Source: Clostridia bacterium
Lineage (GTDB): Bacteria; Bacillota; Clostridia; Oscillospirales; CAG-272
Length of the DNA: 64,000 nt
Direction of reading: 5' to 3'
Assembly: GCA_017467105.1 (NCBI GenBank)
Contig: JAFTSU010000028.1
Coordinates: 15,217-79,216, forward strand
Notes under the pieces: generated by a model
Told to the model about the DNA's origin: nothing
What the model saw: the letters and a program-made list of their open reading frames with translations, nothing else
Databases searched by the model: none
In this document: in pieces, positions 50,084-58,661 of the stretch
How positions within the stretch are numbered: the first letter of the stretch is position 1
Layout of the letters: every line of letters starts with the position of its first letter
Translations under genes and position numbers: made by a program

Positions 50084-51838
50084 TCAAATCTTCTCCGGGC
50101 TCTGCATACAGATAAGGTGAAGAGCCGTTTTCAGAACCTGATTGGTTGCTGCGGTGAGCGCTATTCTGCTCTGCTTTAAGTCATTATTTTCGCAATTTGC
50201 TATGCTGCACTCGTGATAGAAGCGATTGAATGCGGCACAAAGATCAAGTATATATCTGGTAACCACGGAGGGCTCGTAATCCGCGAGCGCCTGAATGATC
50301 CTTTCCGGGAATGCGGCGAGAGTTTTGGCAAGCGCGCTCTCGTGCTCGCCAAGAGGGGCATCGGTCATAGCCGCATCTCTGCCCACCTTCTCAAGAACCG
50401 AGCAGGTTCTGGCGTAGGTGTACTGAGCGTATGGACCCGTATTACCGTCGAAGGAAAGGGCATCCTCCATCATAAAGTTGATGTCACGCATACGGTTGTT
50501 GGAGAGATAATAGAAGACAATAGCTCCAACGCCAACCGACTCCGCAATGCGTCTGCACTGCTCCTCGTCGGGATTCTTCTCTTTTGCAATCTCCATAACT
50601 CTGGCTATTGCCTCGCTGAATAGGTCCTTCAGTAGAATAACGTTACCCGTTCTGGTAGCCAGCTTTGCTCCGTTGATGCTGACCGTACCGTAGGGCACGT
50701 GAACAAGCTTATCGTACCAATCATAGCCCATAAGCTCAACCACCTTGAACCACTGAGCGAAGTGAAGAGACTGCGCCGCGCTGGTCACGTAGATAGCCTT
50801 ATCGAAGCCGTACTCTCCCTTTCGATATACGGCGGCGGCAATATCACGGGTGGGATAGAGTGTGGAGCCGTCACGCTTAAGAATAAGGCATACGGGCATA
50901 TTCCACTTATCAAGATTTACGATAGACGCGCCGTCGTCGATCTCCAGAAGCCCCATATTACGAAGCTTTTCTACCTGGGCGGGCATTTTGTCAGTGTAGA
51001 AGGACTCGCCCTTATAGCTGTCAAACTCTATGCCAAGAAGCTTATAGGTCTTCTGATATTCCTCAAGGCTTACGTCAACGAACCAGCGCCAGAGAGCAAG
51101 ATTTTCCTCGTCTCCCTGCTCAAGCTTGGAAAACTCCTTACGCGATGCGTCGCCAAGCTCGGAATGCTTCGGAGTACCCTCGGGCTTATCCTGAACGGAG
51201 GTATCCTCCTCCGCCTTGATCTCGTTATTTATCTTAACGTAAAGCTTAACCAGCTCGTCAACTCCACCCTTCTCTATGGTGGATCTATCGCCCCAGAGCT
51301 TATACGCGACTATAAGCTTACCAAACTGAGTTCCCCAATCGCCAAGATAGTTGATGCCAACACACTTGTAGCCGGCGAACTCGTGAAGCAGCTTCAGGGA
51401 GTGACCTATTACGGTAGTGCCGAGATGTCCTATATGAAATGGCTTTGCAACGTTGGGAGAGGAGTAATCCAGAACCACTGTTTTGCCCTCTCCGGTATGA
51501 GGAGAGCCGTAACTGTCAGCCTGAGACTGTATGTCGCTTACTACCCTCTTAGCGAAGGAGGTAGGCTCGGTCTTAATATTAAGATAGCCGTTTACGGCGG
51601 CAACCTCGGAAAGCTCGCTATCGGAGATCGCGCCGGCAAGTGTGTCAGCGATCTGGACGGGTGAGCGACGGAGGCTGCGTGAAAGCTTGAAGCAAGGAAG
51701 AGCGAGATCTCCCATCGCCTTATCCGGAGGATATTCGAGCATAGCGGCAAGCTCTGCCGCGGTAAGTATGTCTGAGCCGAAATTGTCGGCTATGGCGCCT
51801 GCTATAAGGGAGGCAACCTTATTCTTTAGAGTTAGCAT
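50084..51838 (-). CDS. argS: Arginyl-tRNA synthetase
   Basis: Class I HIGH-type motif (PNVAKPFHIGH) and the DALR anticodon-binding C-terminus. ATG 51838 (GAGG SD, MLTLKNKV...) is preferred over the TTG track start at 51853. Confidence 0.95.
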   Translation of the reverse strand: MLTLKNKVASLIAGAIADNFGSDILTAAELAAMLEYPPDKAMGDLALPCFKLSRSLRRSPVQIADTLAGAISDSELSEVAAVNGYLNIKTEPTSFAKRVVSDIQSQADSYGSPHTGEGKTVVLDYSSPNVAKPFHIGHLGTTVIGHSLKLLHEFAGYKCVGINYLGDWGTQFGKLIVAYKLWGDRSTIEKGGVDELVKLYVKINNEIKAEEDTSVQDKPEGTPKHSELGDASRKEFSKLEQGDEENLALWRWFVDVSLEEYQKTYKLLGIEFDSYKGESFYTDKMPAQVEKLRNMGLLEIDDGASIVNLDKWNMPVCLILKRDGSTLYPTRDIAAAVYRKGEYGFDKAIYVTSAAQSLHFAQWFKVVELMGYDWYDKLVHVPYGTVSINGAKLATRTGNVILLKDLFSEAIARVMEIAKEKNPDEEQCRRIAESVGVGAIVFYYLSNNRMRDINFMMEDALSFDGNTGPYAQYTYARTCSVLEKVGRDAAMTDAPLGEHESALAKTLAAFPERIIQALADYEPSVVTRYILDLCAAFNRFYHECSIANCENNDLKQSRIALTAATNQVLKTALHLICMQSPEKI

Positions 51839-51849
51839 ATTTACCTCTG

Positions 51850-52671
51850 TCAAAGAGAATTTTTCATTTTTACGAAGCTTTTCACGTCTATCTCAGCAGG
51901 AGAAAGCACGCAAGGCACGTAGGTGTTCATATTAAAGGCGTATGCCAGAGCTGACTCAACCCCACCCGTCACGTAGAACTCGCCGTCCCTCTCGGTAACG
52001 GTAACGGCAGGTATAGCCTCTCCGGACTCGAGAGCCGCGGAATACGAGCCAACCGTCTGACTGTCTGCCTCGTCGTCGGGATAATTTAATCTATCAGGGG
52101 AGATAAACGCCGCCCTGAAGGACTTGTCCTCCTGCCAGCTGAGGAATGAGGATATTATACACTCGGCAACCTGATCGGGTGTGGCGTATGTGGTATCCAC
52201 TATAAGAGAATAGTTGCCGAGGTTCTTGATATCCACCCCATACTGCTCCATATATCGCTTCTGCTCGCTGGCGCGACGGGCGCGTGTATCACTGACCGTG
52301 TCCTCGAGGGTCGATGCGTGCTCGCCCTGTCTGTTGGCGTTCATAATGCGGAGAGCGCTGGTCTCTATGTCCGTGGAAAGATAAACGGAGAAGGTTCCCT
52401 TGGTAAAATGCCACGCCATACGGGAATCAATAACTAGTAGCTTGTCCACCTCGCCAAGCGCACGAAGACCGTCGTCTATCTCGTGATCTATCTCGGGATG
52501 GGTCTCCATATAGTGATTAAGCTCAACCACCGTCATGCCTCTGCGATCCGCAATGGAGCGAACTATAGCTCCCGTGGAGTAGTACTCTGCTCCAAGACGG
52601 GAAATTAGTATCTTGGATACCGTGCTTTTACCGCTTCCAAGATCGCCTGCCAGAGAAATTTTATCCTGCAA
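51850..52671 (-). CDS. Cytidylate-kinase-like P-loop kinase fused to a C-terminal ParB/sulfiredoxin-like domain
   Basis: 273 aa. P-loop GDLGSGKST at residues 9-17. The Cmk-like-family body includes VIDSRMAWH, YLSTDIETSALRI and LIVDTT. The last 85 aa or so (ISPDRLNYPDD...AIPAVTVTERDGEFYVTGGVESALAYAFNMNTYVPCVL) match the Srx/ParB pattern P.V.V...G..Y...GG.....A......VP..L. TTG start. Confidence 0.6.
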   Translation of the reverse strand: MQDKISLAGDLGSGKSTVSKILISRLGAEYYSTGAIVRSIADRRGMTVVELNHYMETHPEIDHEIDDGLRALGEVDKLLVIDSRMAWHFTKGTFSVYLSTDIETSALRIMNANRQGEHASTLEDTVSDTRARRASEQKRYMEQYGVDIKNLGNYSLIVDTTYATPDQVAECIISSFLSWQEDKSFRAAFISPDRLNYPDDEADSQTVGSYSAALESGEAIPAVTVTERDGEFYVTGGVESALAYAFNMNTYVPCVLSPAEIDVKSFVKMKNSL

Positions 52672-52725
52672 GGTCTGCCGCCTTTCCGCCCTGGTTTACA
52701 CGGGCATTTTTTCTTTAACTGAATT

Positions 52726-52754
52726 ATTATAATATATTTTTTAGCGGTTGTCAA
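52726..52754 (-). promoter_or_regulatory. Consensus sigma-A promoter of the cmk-like/argS operon
   Basis: Reverse strand: TTGACA (52754-52749), 17 nt, TATAAT (52731-52726). Confidence 0.75.
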
Positions 52755-53032
52755 CCGATTTCGGACAAGTTTATGGCTTTTTGTGCTTTTTATCCGCCCT
52801 CCAAGCGCATAAAAGCGAACGTCCGAATATCAAAACAACACGGGATCTCCTCAGTCTGATGTCGCTTACGTGTATTCTTTATTGATCTTCAGTGGCTGTG
52901 ATACTGAGGTGATATCTGATTATCTGCGGTAGAGGCGGAAAAAAGTTTTCTGATTTTTTCTTTTGTCGGAATATTTTTCAATTTAGGGGCAACAATACCA
53001 TCACCCAAAGTGATCAGGAAAGGAAATAAAAA

Positions 53033-53698
53033 ATGGACAAGAAATTCAACTTTAAGGAACAGCCCACCAAGGTCAAGATCCTGTACGGTGTTACCGTGGC
53101 TATTCTGTGCGTGACGGCAATCGTCATAGGCATCGTATCCGCCGCATCTAAAAAGGATGAGGTGGGCGGAGGCGAGGTACTTCCTCCCGTAAATGAAGGC
53201 GGTGAGAACGTAGGCGACGAGGGCGGTGAGAAGCCCGAGGAGCCCAAGGAAACAGTCTATATCGCTCCTACGGTTGGCGTGGTTTCCAAGTCTCACAGCG
53301 TTGAAACACCCGTTTTCTCCAATACTCTCGGAGAGTGGAGAATACACACGGGAATCGATATCTCGGCTGCTGAGGGCACCGAGGTAAGAGCTGTGGCGGA
53401 CGGCACGGTAAGCCGCGTATACAATCACCCGCTGCACGGCAAAACGGTGGAGATCACACATAACGGCGACGTTGTGAGCGTGTACTCCAATCTCTCGAGC
53501 GAGGGAATCACCGTAAAGGAGGGGGACAATATAAGCTGCGGCGCTAAGATCGGCGTGATCGGTGACACGTCGCTTACAGAGCTGGCGGACGAGTCCCACC
53601 TTCATTTTGAAATGAAGCTGAAGGGTGTAAGCGTTAATCCTCTGGATTATATTGAAGAGGAATCAAAAGCCGCATCTCTCGTAACGAGCGGCAACTAA
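53033..53698 (+). CDS. Membrane-anchored M23 (LytM) metallopeptidase; SpoIIQ-like architecture
   Basis: 221 aa. N-terminal TM ILYGVTVAILCVTAIVIGIV, a Gly/Glu-rich linker, and intact Zn motifs HTGIDI (HxxxD) and SHLHFEM (HxH). Confidence 0.8.
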   Translation: MDKKFNFKEQPTKVKILYGVTVAILCVTAIVIGIVSAASKKDEVGGGEVLPPVNEGGENVGDEGGEKPEEPKETVYIAPTVGVVSKSHSVETPVFSNTLGEWRIHTGIDISAAEGTEVRAVADGTVSRVYNHPLHGKTVEITHNGDVVSVYSNLSSEGITVKEGDNISCGAKIGVIGDTSLTELADESHLHFEMKLKGVSVNPLDYIEEESKAASLVTSGN

Positions 53699-53784
53699 GA
53701 AACCGATCAAAAGAGTCTGACTTATATGCGCGGCGGAAAACGGGAGGAAAAAGCTCCGAAAAGTCACAGCAGAGTGTAAAAGTA

Positions 53785-53813
53785 TTGACATTCTCTCTCT
53801 TATGTGCTATAAT
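53785..53813 (+). promoter_or_regulatory. Consensus sigma-A promoter of hom
   Basis: TTGACA (53785-53790), 17 nt ending in TGC, TATAAT (53808-53813). Confidence 0.75.
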
Positions 53814-53899
53814 TAGACAAAAACATCGGTATGGTAAAAACGACTGTCCCGAGCTATCGGGGCAGTCTGACTTATTATTCTAACGGGGGATCTCGTCTT

Positions 53900-55108
53900 A
53901 TGATCAATATTGCAATACTCGGCTTCGGTGTGGTTGGCGGCGGAGTTGCGGACCTTATCACCAACAACAAAAAGGAAGTAGAAGAGCTTGGCGGCGACTC
54001 TATTAATATAAAGTACATACTCGATCTGCGCGATTTTCCCGACTCTCCCTTCGCTGACAGGGTTATCCACGATTACAGCGTTATCGCGAACGACCCGGAG
54101 ATAGATACGGTCATTGAGGTGATGGGCGGCTCACACCCTGCCTACGAGTTTACGGTGGAGGCGCTTCGCAAAGGAAAGAACGTTATCTCCTCTAATAAGG
54201 AGGTAGTGGCAAACTTCGGTGACGAGTTTATGCGTATTGCCGAGGAGGCGGGAGTATGCTATCGCTTCGAGGCCGCGGTTGGCGGCGGTATTCCCGTGCT
54301 GTCCCCTATCATCAGCTGTGTAAGACAGAATAAGATAACAGAGGTCAGAGGAATACTAAACGGTACTACAAACTATATTCTGACTAAGATGTTCACCTTT
54401 GGCGACAGCTTTGACAACGCTCTGGCTGATGCTCAGGCAAGAGGCTACGCAGAGAGAAATCCAGATGCTGATATTCTTGGAATCGACGCCTGCCGTAAGA
54501 TCGCTATTCTGGGCGCTCTGGTAAGCGGAAGGCTCGTTCCGACGGACAAGATACACACCGAGGGTATAACCAAGGTGCGCCACGAGGACGTTATCGCGGC
54601 GGAAAAGCTGGGTATGAAGATAAAGCTGCTCGGCAGATGCGTGGTAACTCCGGACGGACTGTATATTATGGTTGCCCCCTTCATGCTCACATCCGACAGC
54701 GCGCTCTCCTGCGTAAGCGGTGTTTATAACGCGGTAGAGGTGGTTGGAGAGCCTATAAAGAGCGTAATGTTCTACGGTCCCGGCGCAGGAGCAGGACCTA
54801 CCGCATCGGCGGTTGTGGGTGACCTCATGGAGATCATGCGCTCGGGCAGAAATTGTGCTATTCCCGTTATGGTAAAGGATGAGGGATCTGCCCTGTCCTT
54901 TGACGGCTTCAAATGCCGTACGTACATCGCTATGAAGGGCGGCTGTATGGGCTGCGTAGCAGATGCGTTTGGCGAGGCGAAGGCTATTTCTGCAGATGGT
55001 GAAATCGCATTCCTCACCGAAGAGATGAGCGAGGCGGAAATAAATGCCGCTGTCTCAAAGCTCGAGAGCAAGGGAATAGAGATACTCTCAAGAATCAGAC
55101 TACTCTGA
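53900..55108 (+). CDS. hom: Homoserine dehydrogenase
   Basis: N-terminal Rossmann motif MINIAILGFGVVGGGV, the catalytic region NGTTNYILTKM and a C-terminal ACT domain. ATG 53900 (GGGGGA SD) is preferred over track start 53831. Confidence 0.9.
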   Translation: MINIAILGFGVVGGGVADLITNNKKEVEELGGDSINIKYILDLRDFPDSPFADRVIHDYSVIANDPEIDTVIEVMGGSHPAYEFTVEALRKGKNVISSNKEVVANFGDEFMRIAEEAGVCYRFEAAVGGGIPVLSPIISCVRQNKITEVRGILNGTTNYILTKMFTFGDSFDNALADAQARGYAERNPDADILGIDACRKIAILGALVSGRLVPTDKIHTEGITKVRHEDVIAAEKLGMKIKLLGRCVVTPDGLYIMVAPFMLTSDSALSCVSGVYNAVEVVGEPIKSVMFYGPGAGAGPTASAVVGDLMEIMRSGRNCAIPVMVKDEGSALSFDGFKCRTYIAMKGGCMGCVADAFGEAKAISADGEIAFLTEEMSEAEINAAVSKLESKGIEILSRIRLL

Positions 55109-55177
55109 TATTCTTGCTTTAGTAAAAGCATATTATTGATAAAAAAACCGGTTATATTATCGGGCAGAAAACAAAAC

Positions 55178-55236
55178 CCCACGGTTAGTATTTCGCTACT
55201 TGTGAAGAAAGCGATCTAGCCGTGGGATTGTTTTTT
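55178..55236 (+). terminator. hom terminator
   Basis: CCCACGGTTAG (55178-55188) pairs with CTAGCCGTGGG (55216-55226), then ATTGTTTTTT. Confidence 0.65.
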
Positions 55237-55261
55237 ATCTGAATTATGATAAAGCGGTGGT

Positions 55262-55744
55262 TCAGAACAAAAATTTATCGAGTATGGCGTAAATAAAGAA
55301 TATGCCGAAAATAGCGAACGTAACGATGGACGCTATGTTGAAGATCTTATCAAACCTTTTGTTTTTCTCCGCCTCTTTCTCGTCAAGGAGAACGTCCTCC
55401 GGATCCTCGCGCAGCTCCTCCGGAAGCTCGTCGGGCTCGTCAGACTCCCTCTCGTCAAGGGAGAAATCGTAGGTGCCGTCCTTAATGGCAACGGCTCGCT
55501 CGCCTGCATCCTTAAGTATATCCGACACAGTCTTCACTGTAATGGCGTCCGGGTCGCTGTCGGTCATTTTTTTGCTTATTCTATCCACCGCGAGTGAGAT
55601 CTCGTCAAAGCTCTCAGCCCCCGTGGCTATGTCAAAATCCCCGGCGCATTCGTCGCATAGGCAACGAGGCGTGCCGTATGCGCCTACCGTAAGGACGTGA
55701 GGATTCTCGTTCTCTATATGAACGCTGCAGATAGCACACTTCAT
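55262..55744 (-). CDS. Hypothetical tail-anchored zinc-ribbon protein
   Basis: 160 aa. CAIC...CLCDEC ribbon, an acidic linker (ERESDEPDELPEELREDPED) and a C-terminal TM IASIVTFAIFGIFFIYAIL. 4-nt overlap with the upstream gene. Confidence 0.5.
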   Translation of the reverse strand: MKCAICSVHIENENPHVLTVGAYGTPRCLCDECAGDFDIATGAESFDEISLAVDRISKKMTDSDPDAITVKTVSDILKDAGERAVAIKDGTYDFSLDERESDEPDELPEELREDPEDVLLDEKEAEKNKRFDKIFNIASIVTFAIFGIFFIYAILDKFLF

Positions 55745-55902
55745 TTTTCCGTCTCCTTTGCTTCTCCGCGCAGTGCCGCGCGAAACTCTCTCATATATTC
55801 CTCGCGGAGCAGTTTTCTCTCCTCCGTCTCCTCCGGAGTAAGCTCCCTCTCTTTAGCAATTCTGCCAAGCTCGTTTATACGGTCAACCTTAATTTTCTCC
55901 AT
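55741..55902 (-). CDS. DUF896 (YnzC/UPF0291) small protein
   Basis: 53 aa: MEKIKVDRINELGRIAKERELTPEETEERKLLREEYMREFRAALRGE. This matches the RINELA..LT.EE..E...LR.EYL..FR pattern. The 101-aa track ORF is an upstream over-extension into sdaA. Confidence 0.6.
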   Translation of the reverse strand: MEKIKVDRINELGRIAKERELTPEETEERKLLREEYMREFRAALRGEAKETEK

Positions 55903-57109
55903 TTGGCTCTGCCTTTCTGTAAAGCTTAGCAAGTCCTCCGATAGAGGTCTCGCGATAGTGGTGAGAAAGGTCCTTACCCGTCTCGTACATCGTGGCAATG
56001 ACCTGGTCGAGAGATATCTTACGCGAGCCGAAAAGGAAGTTGGCAAGGCTCACCGCGTTGATAGCGCGCATTGCGGCAACCGCGTTACGCTCTATGCAGG
56101 GTATCTGAACCAAGCCGCAGATCGGGTCACATGTTAGACCCAGATGATGCTCGAAGGCTATCTCCGCTGCGTATTCTATCTGGTCGATACCCATCTCGAA
56201 AAGCTCAGCTAAGGCGGCAGACGCCATAGAGCAGGCTGTGCCGATCTCTGCCTGGCAGCCGCATTCCGCTCCGCTGATGGATGCGTTTCTCTTAACGAGA
56301 GTGCCTATGAGTCCTGCAACAGCAAGGGCGCGGAATATCTGTATATCCTTAAAGCCGTGCTTCTCCTGCATATACTTGAGAACGGATGGCAAAACTGCGC
56401 AGGAGCCGCAGGTCGGTGCCGTGACTATGGTTCCGTTATCCGCATTCTGCTCGCTGACGGCGTAGGCGTAGGCACAGACTATTCTGTTCTCACGGGTGGT
56501 GGGAGTCTCGTCCATATGACGCTGATTGAAAAGGTGCTGAGCCTTGCGCTCCACCTCCAGACCTCCCGGAAGAATTCCCGAGGTGGTCAGACCGTCGTGA
56601 ATCGCGTTCTCCATAGTCTCCCATACGGTGTAAAGGAAGGTGAATATTTCCTCGCCCTCCCGCAGCACGACGTAATCGGAGAGTCTGATACCGTGACTCT
56701 TACAGTACGAGGAGATCTCCGCAAAGGTGTTTTCGGGATAAATATCGTCTATCCCGGAGTCCTCTCTGCCCTGTATCTCGATATCGCCTCCGCCAACGCT
56801 CATAACACGCATAGGCTCACCGTATCTTTTGCCATCTCTTATCTCGTATATATCCATAGTATTCTCGTGAGGAAGATCTCTGTCAACCCTGTTGAGAATA
56901 ATTTTGACAGGCTTTCCCGCCATCATCTCGATAGCCTTGCCCGTGCCGTGTCCCTCACCGGTGTCCGCAAGGGAGCCGTACAGTATTACCTCAAAGCTCT
57001 CCGCATCCGGATGCTCGGAAACGAATATTCCCATAGCCTTCGCGGGACCCATAGTGTGAGAGCTGGACGGTCCTTTACCGATTTTATATATATCTCTGAT
57101 CGATTTCAT
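55889..57109 (-). CDS. sdaA: L-serine dehydratase, iron-sulfur dependent, single-chain form
   Basis: 406 aa. N-terminus MKSIRDIYKIGKGPSSSHTMGP and an alpha-domain region with Cys residues (TAPTCGSCAVLP). Confidence 0.85.
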   Translation of the reverse strand: MKSIRDIYKIGKGPSSSHTMGPAKAMGIFVSEHPDAESFEVILYGSLADTGEGHGTGKAIEMMAGKPVKIILNRVDRDLPHENTMDIYEIRDGKRYGEPMRVMSVGGGDIEIQGREDSGIDDIYPENTFAEISSYCKSHGIRLSDYVVLREGEEIFTFLYTVWETMENAIHDGLTTSGILPGGLEVERKAQHLFNQRHMDETPTTRENRIVCAYAYAVSEQNADNGTIVTAPTCGSCAVLPSVLKYMQEKHGFKDIQIFRALAVAGLIGTLVKRNASISGAECGCQAEIGTACSMASAALAELFEMGIDQIEYAAEIAFEHHLGLTCDPICGLVQIPCIERNAVAAMRAINAVSLANFLFGSRKISLDQVIATMYETGKDLSHHYRETSIGGLAKLYRKAEPNGEN

Positions 57110-57157
57110 AGCTTTGCCCCTTATTGTTTGTAATCAGTAAATGCTTGCGCCAAACAT

Positions 57158-57186
57158 ATTCTAACACATATAAATTTAACTTTCAA
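57158..57186 (-). promoter_or_regulatory. Promoter of the sdaA operon
   Basis: Reverse strand: TTGAAA (57186-57181), 17 nt, TAGAAT (57163-57158). Confidence 0.6.
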
Positions 57187-57217
57187 GTCTTTTGATTAAG
57201 TTTCGCGGGAGTTTTAT

Positions 57218-58108
57218 TCACCTGTCTGCCTTGTTGGTAATCGCAACCTCGCTTTCCTCGCGGAAGGTGGAACGGAGAATGTCGAGAAACGCTCGCTCAG
57301 CCCTGGATATTTCCCTGCCCCTGTAGGTGTAGAGATAAATATCGCGTCTGCAGTCCCCGACGTCAATAAAGACTGTGTTTTCAGAAAACATTCCTCTCCA
57401 TGAGATGCCCGGCACTAAGGCGATACCAAGTCCGATATCAACGTATTTTCTGACGTAGTATGGGTCCTCCGCGCTGATGACGACCTTAGGAGTGAAGCCT
57501 GCGGCTCTGCAGAGGGATTCTGAAAGCTCGGTAAGTCTGGATGAGCGAGACATTGCAACGAAATTCTCGTCGGAGAGCTCGCTAAGGCTGACCGCTCTTT
57601 TACTCGCAAGATGGTGTGTTACGGGAACAGCAAGCACTATCTTTTCTGTCATAAGATGCTCTCTGTCATATCCCTCTCTCTTCTCCGCGCCGTCTGATAT
57701 TATAAAGCTGTAGCTTGAATAGACCGTATCCGTGTCGTGCTTTATGATGATCTGAACACCCGGATAAAGCCTTTTGAAGCGCTCGATCGCAAGGGTGGTG
57801 GTTCGCCTGTGCGCTCGTATAAGCAGCTTTATCTCTCCGTTTGCCTCTGCGGAGAGATCCTCTAAGCTGGCTTTGGCGCTATCAAGCGCTACCAGCGCGC
57901 GTTTCACTCCCTCGTAAAACACCTTGCCCTCATCCGATAGGGTGATCCTGTTTGCTCCTCTAAGGAAAAGCTTGACGCCAAGCTCCTTCTCCAGACGCTT
58001 GACCGTCTGTGATATGTTGGAGGTCGGTACTCCGTTTTTTTCCGCGGTATGCGAGAAATTCTCACACTCTGCCGCCTCGCAGAAATATCTAAGCTGCAAA
58101 AGCTCCAT
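57218..58108 (-). CDS. LysR-family transcriptional regulator
   Basis: N-terminal HTH MELLQLRYFCEAAECENFSHTAEKNGVPTSNISQTVKRLEKELGVKLF. ATG 58108 with AGGAG SD; the track start 58198 is an over-extension. Divergent from the 58333-62053 cluster. Confidence 0.85.
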   Translation of the reverse strand: MELLQLRYFCEAAECENFSHTAEKNGVPTSNISQTVKRLEKELGVKLFLRGANRITLSDEGKVFYEGVKRALVALDSAKASLEDLSAEANGEIKLLIRAHRRTTTLAIERFKRLYPGVQIIIKHDTDTVYSSYSFIISDGAEKREGYDREHLMTEKIVLAVPVTHHLASKRAVSLSELSDENFVAMSRSSRLTELSESLCRAAGFTPKVVISAEDPYYVRKYVDIGLGIALVPGISWRGMFSENTVFIDVGDCRRDIYLYTYRGREISRAERAFLDILRSTFREESEVAITNKADR

Positions 58109-58332
58109 ATTTTCTCCTACGTCATTATATGTTGATGTGAAGGATATCTTCATATCTATTGTAACAAATAAAAGATAGTATGTCAAGTTACTATACAAAA
58201 TGAGTTATAGCAGGATAACACGATTTCGTAATTTACACGGCAAGGGATATATAGTATAATAATTTTGGTGACGGACAGATTTATGAAGATTTAAAGCGCT
58301 GCTGGGCCGTCCAAGAAAAAGGAGAAAATAAT

Positions 58333-58656
58333 ATGGTAAACTTAGCTGAAATTCTGGAAATCATTATGATAGTAAGCTTCGGCGCATCATGGCCTGCTAA
58401 CGTTCTGAAATCCTACAGAGCAAGGACTACAAAGGGAAAGAGCCTGATGTTTCTGTGTCTTATATTTTTCGGATACATAGCCGGCATCATTTCCAAGCTG
58501 GTTAACGAGGCTTATATGGCTGCTTTTGCAAGTAAATGGTACGTGCTAATATTCTACGTGCTTAATCTTATTATGGTTGGCTTGGATCTGTGTCTCTACT
58601 ACAGAAACTATCTGCTTGACAAAAAAGCGGCAGAGTGCAAGAGCGAAGGAAGATAA
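58333..58656 (+). CDS. Three-TM PQ-loop/SemiSWEET-like small membrane protein
   Basis: 107 aa with 3 predicted TM helices. TM1 ends ..SWPANVLKSYRARTTKGKSLMF, which resembles the PQ-loop motif (PQ..K.y..kst.g.S) with PA in place of PQ. Confidence 0.4.
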   Translation: MVNLAEILEIIMIVSFGASWPANVLKSYRARTTKGKSLMFLCLIFFGYIAGIISKLVNEAYMAAFASKWYVLIFYVLNLIMVGLDLCLYYRNYLLDKKAAECKSEGR

Positions 58657-58661
58657 CCGAG

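Noticed and set aside
50699-51664. 321-aa ORF antisense to argS (also 50213-50623)
   Set aside because: It shadows a clearly real class I tRNA synthetase gene and has no independent support.
52889-53605. 238-aa minus-strand ORF overlapping the M23 peptidase gene
   Set aside because: The plus-strand frame carries intact HxxxD/HxH LytM motifs, a TM anchor and an ATG with SD. The minus-strand product has no recognisable features.
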